Program-made: the position numbers and the translations under genes
In this document: one piece after another, positions 11,651 to 21,174 of the stretch
How the letters are laid out: each line of letters starts with the position of its first letter
How positions within the stretch are numbered: the stretch's first letter is position 1
Notes under the pieces: generated by a model
Told to the model about the DNA's origin: nothing
Database searches by the model: none
Seen by the model: the letters and a program-made list of their open reading frames with translations, nothing else
From: Bryobacterales bacterium
Lineage (GTDB): Bacteria; Acidobacteriota; Terriglobia; Bryobacterales; UBA6623
Reading direction: 5' to 3'
Length of the DNA: 64,000 bases
Assembly: GCA_963422375.2 (NCBI GenBank)
Contig: OY729428.2
Span: forward strand, 352,001 to 416,000

Positions 11651-12683
11651 CCTGATTACCAACGAACGTCAGCCGAGGATATGCTATACTGGAAGAGGTC
11701 GGAAACCTCTGACAGGAAAGGGGATAGCAGATGAAACGCAATCGCGTGCAATTCCAGAAGGGACTCAGCCTGGGCAAGTTCCTGCAGCGCTACGGCAGCG
11801 AGGGGCCATGCGAGCAGGCCGTCTTCAAGGCCCGCTGGCCGGACGGCTTCCGCTGCCCGGAGTGCGGCTCCCGCCGGCACTGCCGCATCCGCTCCCGCAA
11901 GCTCTGGCAGTGCCATGCCTGCCACCGCCGGACCTCCCTCGTCGCCGGCACGATCTTCGCCGCCACCCAGCTGCCGCTGACCGTCCGGTGCCTGGCGCTC
12001 CACCTGCTGACGCAGGGCCAGCACGGCGTTGCGTCGCTGGAACTGGCGCGGCAGCCGGGGGTCAGCCGGAACACGGCCTGGAAGATGAAGCACAAGCTCT
12101 TGCAAGTGATGAAGGAGCGCGACGAGCGCGTGCCGCCGGGCGGCATCGTGCAGGTGGACGACGCCTACCGGGGCGGGGAGCGGAGCGGCGGCAAGCGCGG
12201 TCGCGGCGCGGCGGGCAAGACGCCGTTCGTCGCCGCCGTGCAGGTCACCGCCGCCGGCCAGCCGGCAAGGATGCGCCTGAGCAGCGGGGCGGGCTTGCGC
12301 AAGAAGACGCTGGCAGCGTGGGCCGGGCGGCACCTGCAGCCCGGCACGGAGGTGCATTCCGACGGCCCGGCCTGCTTCCGGGGCGTGGCCGGCGCCGGCT
12401 GCGAGCACGTGCCGACCGTCACCGGAGGCGGGCAGCGGAGCTGCGCGGATTCCCGCTTCGTCCGGGTCAACACGATGCTGGGGAACGTCAAGCAGTCCCT
12501 GGCGGGAACCTGCCATGCGTTCGACGGCAAGCACCTGCCGCGCTACCTCGCCGAGTTCCGCTACCGCTTCAACCGCCGCTACGATCTCGAGGCGCTGGTC
12601 CCCCGCCTGCTCCACGCCTCCGTGCGCACCCCGCCCATGCCGCACCGCCTCCTAACCTTGGCTGAGTCTTGTGGGTAATCAGG
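11651..12683 (+). mobile_element. IS1595-family (IS1595 subgroup) element, copy A1
   Basis: Ends CCTGATTACC and GGTAATCAGG; perfect 8-bp TSD AACTGTTT (11643-11650 and 12684-12691). Confidence 0.95.
11731..12678 (+). CDS. IS1595-family transposase (open frame, possibly non-functional)
   Basis: Zn ribbon CPEC...CHAC, VQVDDAY, HSDG, VNTMLGNVK (DDN-K type), RYLAEF-YRFNRR. Confidence 0.88.
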   Translation: MKRNRVQFQKGLSLGKFLQRYGSEGPCEQAVFKARWPDGFRCPECGSRRHCRIRSRKLWQCHACHRRTSLVAGTIFAATQLPLTVRCLALHLLTQGQHGVASLELARQPGVSRNTAWKMKHKLLQVMKERDERVPPGGIVQVDDAYRGGERSGGKRGRGAAGKTPFVAAVQVTAAGQPARMRLSSGAGLRKKTLAAWAGRHLQPGTEVHSDGPACFRGVAGAGCEHVPTVTGGGQRSCADSRFVRVNTMLGNVKQSLAGTCHAFDGKHLPRYLAEFRYRFNRRYDLEALVPRLLHASVRTPPMPHRLLTLAESCG

Positions 12684-12954
12684 AACTGTTTTGCGAACCG
12701 GCGATGTAGCTGGCGAGGCCGGGCGCGAGCGCGACCAGCACCTCGCTTGAGAAGAACCCGACCATGCAATCGACCTTGCCGGCCACGCGGAACCCCGGAA
12801 TAAGCACTTCTTCTGCCAGCGGGTCCGCCGGCAGCATGTAGAGGGGCCTGACTCCGTCCAGTGACCGCAAGGCCCGTCCCGTCCTTGCGGTCACTGGGTC
12901 GTCCTGCGCCGCCGGGTCCTGCGCCATGCGTAGCTGCCTGCGTCGGGTCGGTGT

Positions 12955-13260
12955 TCATCCTGTCGCGTGCCGGACGCTGCCCGCATCCAGTGTTGGCAGC
13001 CGGGCGATCGCCTGGCCACTCTTTCGCTCGGCGAGCCGCAGTTCGTAGAGCTTCTGGAGGTTGAGCCAGAACTCCCCCGAAGTGCCAAAGAAGCGCCCCA
13101 ACCGCAAGGCCGTGTCGCCGGTGATCGAGCGTCGACCGTTGAGTATCTCGGTAATGCGGTTCACCGGCACCTCGATGCGCCGCGCGAGCTCTGCGGCGCT
13201 CATGCCGAGCGCGTCAAGATCGTCGCGCAGGGTCTCGCCCGGATGGATAGGTTCGCGCAT
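12955..13260 (-). CDS. higA: HigA-family antitoxin (HTH-XRE)
   Basis: MREPIHPGETL...RITEILNGRRSITGDTALRLGRFFGTSGEFWLNLQ; lies directly downstream of the toxin; RBS GAGGAGG. Confidence 0.93.
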   Translation of the reverse strand: MREPIHPGETLRDDLDALGMSAAELARRIEVPVNRITEILNGRRSITGDTALRLGRFFGTSGEFWLNLQKLYELRLAERKSGQAIARLPTLDAGSVRHATG

Positions 13261-13277
13261 GACTTGCCTCCTCGAAA

Positions 13278-13559
13278 TTAGTGGTAGTCCACGATTTCCA
13301 CTTCGGTCGGGCCCGGACTTCCGTCCGGCCACCTGAAGCAGATTCTCCATTGGTCGTTGATACGGATGCTCCACTGTCCCTTGCGCCGGCCCCTGAGCGC
13401 CTCCAGACGATTGCCGGGCCGCGCCAGGTCGCCTAGCCCCGTGGCCGCGTCGAGCTGGTCGAGCTTGCGCGAGGCGATCCGGGCGAACCCCGAGAATGCC
13501 GCGATCCGGCGACCCTCGTAGAACGCTTCGGTCTTCTTGTCCGAGAAGCCGACGATCAC
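13278..13559 (-). CDS. higB: HigB-family (RelE-like, plasmid-killer type) toxin
   Basis: PGNRLEALRG...GQWSIRINDQWRICFRW...VEIVDYH; toxin-first gene order. Confidence 0.93.
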   Translation of the reverse strand: MIVGFSDKKTEAFYEGRRIAAFSGFARIASRKLDQLDAATGLGDLARPGNRLEALRGRRKGQWSIRINDQWRICFRWPDGSPGPTEVEIVDYH

Positions 13560-13595
13560 AACGCTTTCCGTTCCCGGAGCAACCGCATCGGCTTC

Positions 13596-13631
13596 ACACT
13601 AGCGCAAGTATCCACCTTACGTCAAGCGTAA
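13596..13631 (-). promoter_or_regulatory. Putative higBA sigma70 promoter with a palindromic operator
   Basis: Minus strand TTGACG-N18-TAGTGT; palindrome TTACG-N5-CGTAA (13617-13631) overlaps the -35 box. Confidence 0.5.
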
Positions 13632-13762
13632 CTTGCGGTGTGCCGTCACCCGGCTTCACGTCGCGGAGAGGACGAGTCTGGCCGTGAGCGGGGGGGCAGC
13701 TGGCGCTCCGGGAGAGGGGCGTTGCCGCCGTCCCTTTCACCCGATCGGAGGAGCACGGCACA

Positions 13763-14089
13763 ATGCAGGCGGCACTCGCACCGCGTGGCGACGCGCGAAC
13801 CTTTCTCACCCATTTCGTCGGCGGCGGTCTCGATGACGACCGCTACGTCATTCAGCGGTAGCTGTCCCGGGCCAACGGCGACATCGTTCCCGTCGACGCC
13901 GACGGGGCCAGGCCGAAGGGCCGGCGCAAGCCTCGCCCGACCATTGCCACGCTGAAGGCGGTCGAGAAGATGCGCCCGACCCGCGACGAGATCATCATCG
14001 CGACGGGGATCAGGCTGCGCAACTGCGGCGTGCAACTCTGGGGCTGGCGGGCCATGGGGATCTTCGTGGAGCGCCGCCAGAAGGGCTGA
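13763..14089 (+). pseudogene. Small hypothetical gene with an internal TAG
   Basis: RBS GGAGGAG, ATG, about 108 codons of GC3-rich coding-like sequence, one in-frame stop (YVIQR*LSR). Confidence 0.35.
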
Positions 14090-14104
14090 GCGGCTCGCGC
14101 CTAG

Positions 14105-16051
14105 CCCGCATTATTCACGAATGCGGCGCAGGCCCATGGATCCAGTTTCCGGGCCCTCGATGGCCGCCCAATCTGCTTCCGCAACGCCTGCGGGTGGGGA
14201 ATGCGGGACTTGCGGGGCGTCTCGCGAGCGGCGTGCGGGCCGCGGACACCTCCTCGGCGGCACCCGCCCGGAGGGCAGGCACGGTTTCCCCCGGCGGCGC
14301 CCGGCGCCTGCCGACACTCTCCGGATTGACCCGGCCCGGCGTCATATCGGCACGGCCCCCAAGCCCCGCGCCACCACCGCCCAGGCGTCCCGGAACGGTG
14401 CCGTCCGCGGCACTCGCAGCACGATCCGCTGCGCCGTGGCCGCGACCCGCGCCCCCGGCTTCGGCAGGCCGAGGCGCAACCCGTCCACCCGGCGCTTCCG
14501 CAGCGGCGTGTCCCGTGCCTGCCGGCGCAGTTCCTGCATGATCGCGTAGGCCGCCGCCGCGAGCGGCACGCGGAACCGGTTCGCCGCGAAGCTCGAGCGG
14601 CTGGCGCGGTCCATCCGCATCCCGTGCTTGAGCTCCTTGACGCGGTTCTCCACGTCCCCCCGCAGGCAGTGGATCCGCTCGCAGAGGCGCTGCGGGCTGC
14701 CGCCCGCGTTGGTCACCGCGTAGCGCGGGTTCCACTGCGGGGCGCGCCCGGGAAACTCGCTCACGTCCGCCTTGACGATCACCCGCCGCGACCGCGACCG
14801 GGGGCCCGCCCGGTAGGCGAACTGCCCGTACAGCGCGCCCGCGCCGCTGCCCGCGTCCTCCGCGCCCGGCCGGCCCCCCTGCGTGCCGGCTCCCGGCCGC
14901 GCGTACTTCGCCCGCAACTGCTCCAGCCGGGACGGCGGGTCCCCCGCGGCCGCCGCTGCCCCGCCGCGGTCCGTGCCCGGGGTGCCGCCGGGCGCGCGCC
15001 GGGCCTCGACGGCCGCCCGCAACGGGGCCGCGCGCCGCTCCGGCACCGCGTTCTTCTGCAGGCACACCACGTACTCCAGGTACTCCAGGCCCTCGCGCTC
15101 GCCATAGGCCGGCAGCTCGTCCCCTTGGAAGCCCGCGTCCAGGCGCAGGCGCAGCGTCGCCCGCGGGAAGAATTCCCGCAGCAGCAGCAAGCGCTCCAGC
15201 AGCGGCAGCAAGCCCTCCGCGGCCGCGGCCGTGCCCGAGCGCGGCAGCGCCGCCACGAGATGCCGCTCGCGCTCGTCGTCGCAGCGCACCGCGCCCACCA
15301 GCGGCAAGTAGCAACGCGTGTCGCAGGAGTCGTTGAACGGCGCCAGCTGCCGGCCCCCGTGCGTCGGCTCGCAGGTCCGGTCGAAGTCCAGCTCGACGAT
15401 CCTGGTCTCGGGGCGCCGCTCGTGCTGGCGCCGCACGACGCAGCGGGCCGGTACCGCGGACAGCGCGCTCGCCGCGTCCGCGGTGACGGCGTTCTCGAAG
15501 CGCGACAGGGTGGGCCGGGACGGCAGGTCGCGGCCCTGCCAGGGGTCGCGCCCGAGCGGCAGCTTGAACACGGGGTCGCCGCCGAGGCGCCCGGCGTCGT
15601 GGCAGTCCTCCTAGCCGCAGGCGAGGCCGTAGATGCGCTGGCCGAGCATGTCGGCGAGGGAGTGGAGCACCTCGGAGGGCTGGCGCCGGTCGCGCAGGCA
15701 GTCGGCGAACGCCGCGGTGAGGCCGAGCGCGCGGTCGGCGGCCTCGACCGGGACAGCGCCGCCGTCGGAGCTGCTGCGCTCGTGATCGAAGCGGACGGCG
15801 GCGGGGCGACGGCGCGGATTGCGGAACGGAACGCCTCGGGAGCCTGCGGCTGCGACCGTGTATTCATTATAACCTACCGGATGAAAACAACTTCAATGTA
15901 TAAACTTGGATCTCAATCGGACCGGGCCGGGGCTGCCGCCGGGGATCGCAGGGCACTCCTAGGAATGAGGATCGCGCTGGACCGGGGGCCCTCACGGCAC
16001 GGGCGGAGGGACCGAACTATGGCCCTCCGGGCTACTCATGAATTATCCGGG
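14105..16051 (-). mobile_element. IS1380-family element, copy 2 (transposase pseudogene)
   Basis: Same ends as copy 1, flanked by CTAG (14101-14104, 16052-16055). Motifs LDFD, HGGRQ, RLDAGF, VENRVKELK. Same in-frame TAG as copy 1. Confidence 0.92.
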
Positions 16052-17410
16052 CTAGGAACGCTATGGCATCAAGCGCTGGTACGTCCACACCCTCGCTAAA
16101 GAGGCCCACATTGCAGAGGATTCGCGGGCTGCCCTCCGAACTCGCGTTTCGGAGCTTGTTGATCTCGTCTGCCCGGCGATGAGCACTGTCGCGGGAATTG
16201 ATATGAACTGATTCGATCTTAAGCGAGGATTTGCCATTTCGGCCCTTCGTCGCAGCAGTAACCTTTCGGCGAATCGACGGAGATCCAAGGATGTCACTAA
16301 AGCGTTTCGAAACTGCTCGCGTTTTGCTAAAGGCAATCGTTCGCATCAATGGATTGATCGTGTTGATCTGCCGTTCCGCGTCACGGACAACGCCATTTAC
16401 GGCCAATGCAGTTCCTAAGGCACGCGTGAGGTGGACTTCTACATTCTTCACACTTATTCCGGAAATTTCACGTACTTTGATCTCTGATTCTACCATTCTT
16501 CCTCCAATTTTTTCACTCGGGACACCTAGCACGATCACGCAGTAATCGCAGAGCCGTTCAGATTTGACAGCGTCTCGAAAGCCAAACCTGTACAGCTCCC
16601 GACCGAACACGCTGTGATCGGACATGTCATTAACAATCAGGCCCTGGTCAATCCGACGCTGGATTGAGCGCTTCGTGTACAGCCTCGGCGTAGCCGTCAT
16701 ATATAATCGGCGGCGAACGCGGATTTCCGAATCGCTGTGAACGGCTTGGAATGCACGTAGTCGCTCACGCGAGCTTACACCGCATGTACGATGCGCTTCG
16801 TCGCAAATCGCCAAGTCAAATTCAGGTTCGTCATCCGAAAACTGTGCCTCTCCGAGGCGGACTAGAGACTGATAGGTACAGAAAACCACTTTCGTAATGC
16901 CGCGATTGCCTTTCAAGTGTGCGGCAATTCTCCTGCGTGACGTAGTTACAGGACAGCTGAGCTCTATCGCTGCCAAATCCATGTTGCTCTCGGAGACTGC
17001 GCCCGAGTCGGAACAGATAACGAGCGCAGCAAGACGGCGATTCATCTGTTCAAGCCACGTTCGCCGGGACTGAGCCACTAAGGCGATGCTCGGCGCAAGA
17101 TAGAGGATGCTGCCGCCGTCGTTGACGACGCTATCGGCAATCCGGAGGGCAGTGAACGTCTTCCCTGTCCCGCAAGCCATCACGAGGCGGCCTCGGGAGC
17201 GCTTGGAACGCAACAACCCATGCACGGCCCGTTCAATTGCCGCGTGCTGCTCGGGCCACGGTTCGAGACGCGGGCGCTCAATGCATCCGTCAAGCTTCTC
17301 GTATAGGTAATTGCTCAGGCTTACGAACTGCGCGGGTGGTGTCTGGTCTCGAACTGTAGTCTCAACGATCTTGCTCCAGCGGCAAGTGACAACAACGTAG
17401 CGCCTCTTGA
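16052..17410 (-). pseudogene. Central SF2 helicase part of a Type ISP-like restriction enzyme
   Basis: MACGTGKT, APSIAL, TYQS, ICDEAHRT, YMTATP, LFSEGVDVPALDAIAFL. Cut by IS1380 at CTAG. Confidence 0.88.
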
Positions 17411-17420
17411 ATGTTGATCG

Positions 17421-18869
17421 GCTCGATGCGACTCGAGTGCGGCCGCGGCGGGCACAGAGGGGTGGGGAGTGGGATCGTATCTGACTCGAGCCTGCCAGCG
17501 GATTGGACGAGGCAGGGACTAGAGAGGCCGCCTCGCCTGCCCCGGTTGCCCCGGTGGAACCCGGTTGGCGGTGGCAGGGCACCCCTTGCAAGCCGATTGC
17601 AGGCCCTGCGAGGGCCGAAGACAGCGGATCCCCGGCGCTCGACGGCCTGCATGGACGGTCCGGGCCGGACTGGGGTCGCACCGGGGCCTTCCGGATCCGG
17701 TGCGACCCTCGTACCGAGCGTGAAGAGCGCGCCCGCAGCGGGCGCCGCTCAGGCCGCGACCGCGGCCTTGCCGGTCAGCTGCCGGCAGGTCAGCGTCCGG
17801 CCGACCAAGCCCCGCGCCATGCGCCGCATCCGTTCCGCCGTTGTTCCGCCGTGTCGCAGTCGCGGTCGTTGCACCGTCCCGCGAACTCCGTGAGATAGCG
17901 GCCGAGATGACGGACGCTCATCCGGTGATAGGTGCCGTACAGGCCGCGCTTGAACAGGGACCCAAACGATTCGATGCCGTTCGCATGCGCCGCCCCGCGC
18001 ACGTACTCGCCGCCGGAGTGCCGGAGTGCCTGACGGCTTCGTGCGGGAACTCCGCCATGCCGGCGCAGGCCGCCGCCTCGTCGGAGCGGACCTGCGCCCC
18101 CGGCGCGACGCGGGCGCGCGCGAAGCCCTGGCAGGTCGCCCTCGGCGGTGCCCGGCAGCGGCCGCGCGGCCGCTGCGTTCGTGGCGCGGTCCCGCGCCCC
18201 CGCCACCGGGGTCTTGCCGACGGGCCCGCGCCCGGCGCGGGCCTTCTTGCTCTCGTGCTGGTTGCGTTCCTTGCCGCCGACGCAGGTCTCGTCCACCTCC
18301 GCCGGGCCGGCGAACGGGCCCCGATCCCGCTCCCGGCACGCGCGGATGCGGTGCGCCAGGTGCCAGGCCGACTTCCGGCTGACGCCTAGGTCGCGGTGCA
18401 GCTTCATGCTCGAGACGCCCTTGATGCCGGTGGTCAGCAGGAACAGGGCGACGGCCCGGGTGCGGTAGCCGAGCTTGGTGTCGGCCGTCACGCTGCCGGT
18501 GCGCACGGAAAAGCGCTTGCCGCAGCCGCAGCCGCGGCAACGGTACGGCATCGAAGGGTGGGCCGCGCCGGACTGCACGCTGGAGCCGCGGCAGCGGGGG
18601 CACGCGGAGCCGTCCGGCCAGCGCATGGCAGCGAACCACTTTTCCGCGGATTCGTCATCGGGGAACATGGCGATCCCTTCGATCAATGTGATGCCTTTAC
18701 GGAACCACTTTCCGGGACCTTGTTTCTTCATTTACGGTATCCCCTGCTGGAACTATTCCACCAAGAAACACCACAGAATGTCAACGGAAATTCGGAAGAA
18801 ATATGAAATCTTATTATGGCTTGATAATTTGCCAAATTGATGTCCTCAGCACTCAGATATATTCTTCCC
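17421..18869 (-). mobile_element. IS1595-family ISNwi-group element, copy B1 (one end lost, frameshifted transposase at about 17749-18731)
   Basis: CPRC Zn ribbon, EVDET, NGIESF. Degenerate terminal repeat at about 18848-18869; the other terminal ~70 bp are missing relative to B2. Confidence 0.85.
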
Positions 18870-18994
18870 ACCTGTGGATACGCGTGATCTCGAATTCAGG
18901 GCGCGTGGCCATAAACTCGCAAAATAGAGTTTCAAACCAGTCCCCCTTTTCGCGTTCGGTCCGGCTCTTTGTACGAATCCTAGATAAATGCCAT
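18870..18994 (-). pseudogene. N-terminal (Mrr-like nuclease region) fragment of the Type ISP-like gene
   Basis: WHLSRIRTKSRTEREKGDWFETLFCEFM..., resembling the EKG.xFE start of Type ISP enzymes; sandwiched between two IS. Confidence 0.6.
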
Positions 18995-20048
18995 CCTGAT
19001 TGCCCACAAGACTCAGCCAAGGTTAGGAGGCGGTAAGGCATGGGCGGGGTGCGCACGGAGGCGTGGAGCAGGCGGGGGACCAGCGCCTCGAGATCGTAGC
19101 GGCGGTTGAAGCGGTAGCGGAACTCGGCGAGGTACCGCGGCAGGTGCTTGCCGTCGAGCGCATGGCAGGTTCCCGCCAGGGACTGCTTGACGTGCGCCAG
19201 CATCGTGTTGACCCGGACATTGACCCGGACGAAGCGGGAATCCCCGCAGCTCCGCTGCCCGCCTGCGGTGACGGTCGGCACGTGCTCGCAGCCGGCGCCG
19301 GCCACGCCCCGCAAGCAGGCCGGGCCGTCGGAATGCACCTCCGTGCCGGGCTGCAAGTGCCGCCCGGCCCACGCTGCCAGCGTCTTCTTGCGCAAGCCCG
19401 CCACGCTGGCCACGCTGCTCATGCGCATCCTTGCCGGCTGGCCGGCGGCGCTGACCTGCACGGCGGCCACGAACGGCGTCTTGCCCGCCGCGCCGCGACC
19501 GCGCTTGCCGCCGCTCCGCTCCCCGCCCCAGCAGGCGTCGTCCACTTGCATGATGCCGCCCGGCGGCACGCGCTCGTCGCGCTCCTTCATCACTTGCAGG
19601 AGCTTGTGCTTCACCTTCCAAGCCGTGTTCCGGCTCACGCCCGGCTGCCGCGCCAGTTCCAGCGACGAAACGCCGTGCTTGCCCTGCGTCAGCAGGTGGA
19701 GCGCCAGCAACCGGACGGTCAGCGGCAGCTGGGTGGCGGCGCAGATCGTGCCGGTGACGAGGGAGCTCTGGCGGTGGCAGGCATGGCACTGCCGGAGCTT
19801 GCGGGAGCGGATGCGGCAGTGCCGCCGGGAGCCGCACTCCGGGCAGCGGAAGCCGTCCGGCCAGCGGGCGTTGCAGACGGCCTGCTCGCATGGCCCCTCG
19901 CTGCCGTAGCGCTGCAGGAACTTGCCCGGGCTGAGTCCCTTCTGGCATTGCACGCGATTGCGTTTCATCTGCTATCCCCTTTCCTGTCAGAGGTTTCCGA
20001 CCTCCTCCAGTATAGCATATCCTCGGCTGACGTTCGTTGGTAATCAGG
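18995..20048 (-). mobile_element. IS1595-subgroup element, copy A2
   Basis: CCTGATT ends; 8-bp TSD AATGCCAT (18987-18994 and 20049-20056). Transposase starts at 19968; its stop codon is lost. Confidence 0.95.
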
Positions 20049-20190
20049 AATGCCATTCAACCGTGTGACCTCCTTCGACGTCTTTGTCAGTCTCGTCTAG
20101 ACGAAAATCGAGCTTCCCTTGAACTCCCTCGCCAACACCTGAATTAGGTGACCGACCGGGGGGGGGGGGGGGATTGCGCGATTCAGACAC
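20049..20190 (-). pseudogene. Probable extreme 5' end of the Type ISP-like gene, containing a C15 tract
   Basis: Open frame from GTG at 20190: SESRNPPPPPGRS...GGHTVEWH; continues in frame across the TSD into 18870-18994. Confidence 0.45.
20158..20172. repeat. G15 homopolymer
   Basis: Directly visible. Confidence 0.9.
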
Positions 20191-20514
20191 GTGGTTGCCT
20201 GCGGCTCTAGGTAGGCAGGTCCGAGCGGAAAACTCGAGCGATAGGAATCGCCCTATGGCGCGACGTCTCCCAATACTGGCCCAGTGCAGTGATGAACGTT
20301 ACGAGTAGGCCCGGACGTTCGCCCGTCTTCGCGACCGTCACCATACATGCTCCTAGCGTCACGACAGGCATCGTCCCCGAATCATCTCGCTAGCGTCCTC
20401 TTCTAGATCGAGTGCCTAGTCATGCCCTCATCGCGTCGCCCTACTCCTACCAACCCCAGCCAAACCGGACAAGTCTCCCCCGCCAATGTCGGTCCGCAAG
20501 CCCTGCCAGAATGG

Positions 20515-21174
20515 ATGTCTCGCATGCCGGGCGTGCTCTATCTGCATGGATTCTGCTCGAGCTCGAAGTCGACCAAGGGGACGTTCCTCGCCGGTCGATT
20601 CGCGGAAGCCGGGATCCGTGTCCAACTGCCGGACCTTGACGAAGGGGATTTTCGGAACACCACCCTCTCGCGGCAACTGGCCTTGGTTGGCCGACTGACC
20701 GAACGGGTGGGGCCCGCGCTGCTGATGGGCTCCAGTCTCGGTGGGTTCTTGGCGGCGCTGCTCGCCGCCCGGCATCCGGAAGCCGTTCCCGCCGTCGCCC
20801 TGCTCGCCCCGGCATTCGACTTCGCTCGCGGGCTGAATGCGAGCCTCGGCTCGGAGATGGACCGGTGGAGAGTGCAAGGCTTCCGCGAATTCAATCACTA
20901 CGGCTCGGAAGGCAGCGTGCCGCTCGATTATGGGTTCTTCAGGGACTCGTCGCGGTACGAGGCGTTCCCGGACGTCAGGTGCCCGGCGCTGGTGATGCAC
21001 GGGCTCAAGGATGAAGTCGTCGTTCCGGAGCTGTCCGCCGAATTCGCCCGCGGCAGGCCCAACGTCGAAATCGAATGGTTCGACACGGACCACCAGATGC
21101 TGGACGTCACCGAGGGCATCTGGTCCAGCGTCAAGCGATTCTACGACCGAATCGATTGGGAATTATATATCTGA
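20515..21174 (+). CDS. YqiA/YcfP-family alpha/beta hydrolase (esterase); last codons supplied by an IS end
   Basis: LYLHGFCSS, GSSLGG nucleophile elbow, HGLKDEVV, DH. The IS starts at 21158. Confidence 0.88.
   Translation: MSRMPGVLYLHGFCSSSKSTKGTFLAGRFAEAGIRVQLPDLDEGDFRNTTLSRQLALVGRLTERVGPALLMGSSLGGFLAALLAARHPEAVPAVALLAPAFDFARGLNASLGSEMDRWRVQGFREFNHYGSEGSVPLDYGFFRDSSRYEAFPDVRCPALVMHGLKDEVVVPELSAEFARGRPNVEIEWFDTDHQMLDVTEGIWSSVKRFYDRIDWELYI

Larger units (their letters stand above)
10500..12927 (-). pseudogene. PLD-nuclease/SF2 (ResIII-like) DEAH helicase (PbeA-like), interrupted by IS1595 and C-terminally deleted
   Basis: GFFSS, PLD motifs FHPKVW and GSSNVT, Walker A MATGSGKT, IADEAH, GLSATP. 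Removing the IS restores ...GSQNSLRLIVSP. Helicase C domain absent. Confidence 0.85.
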
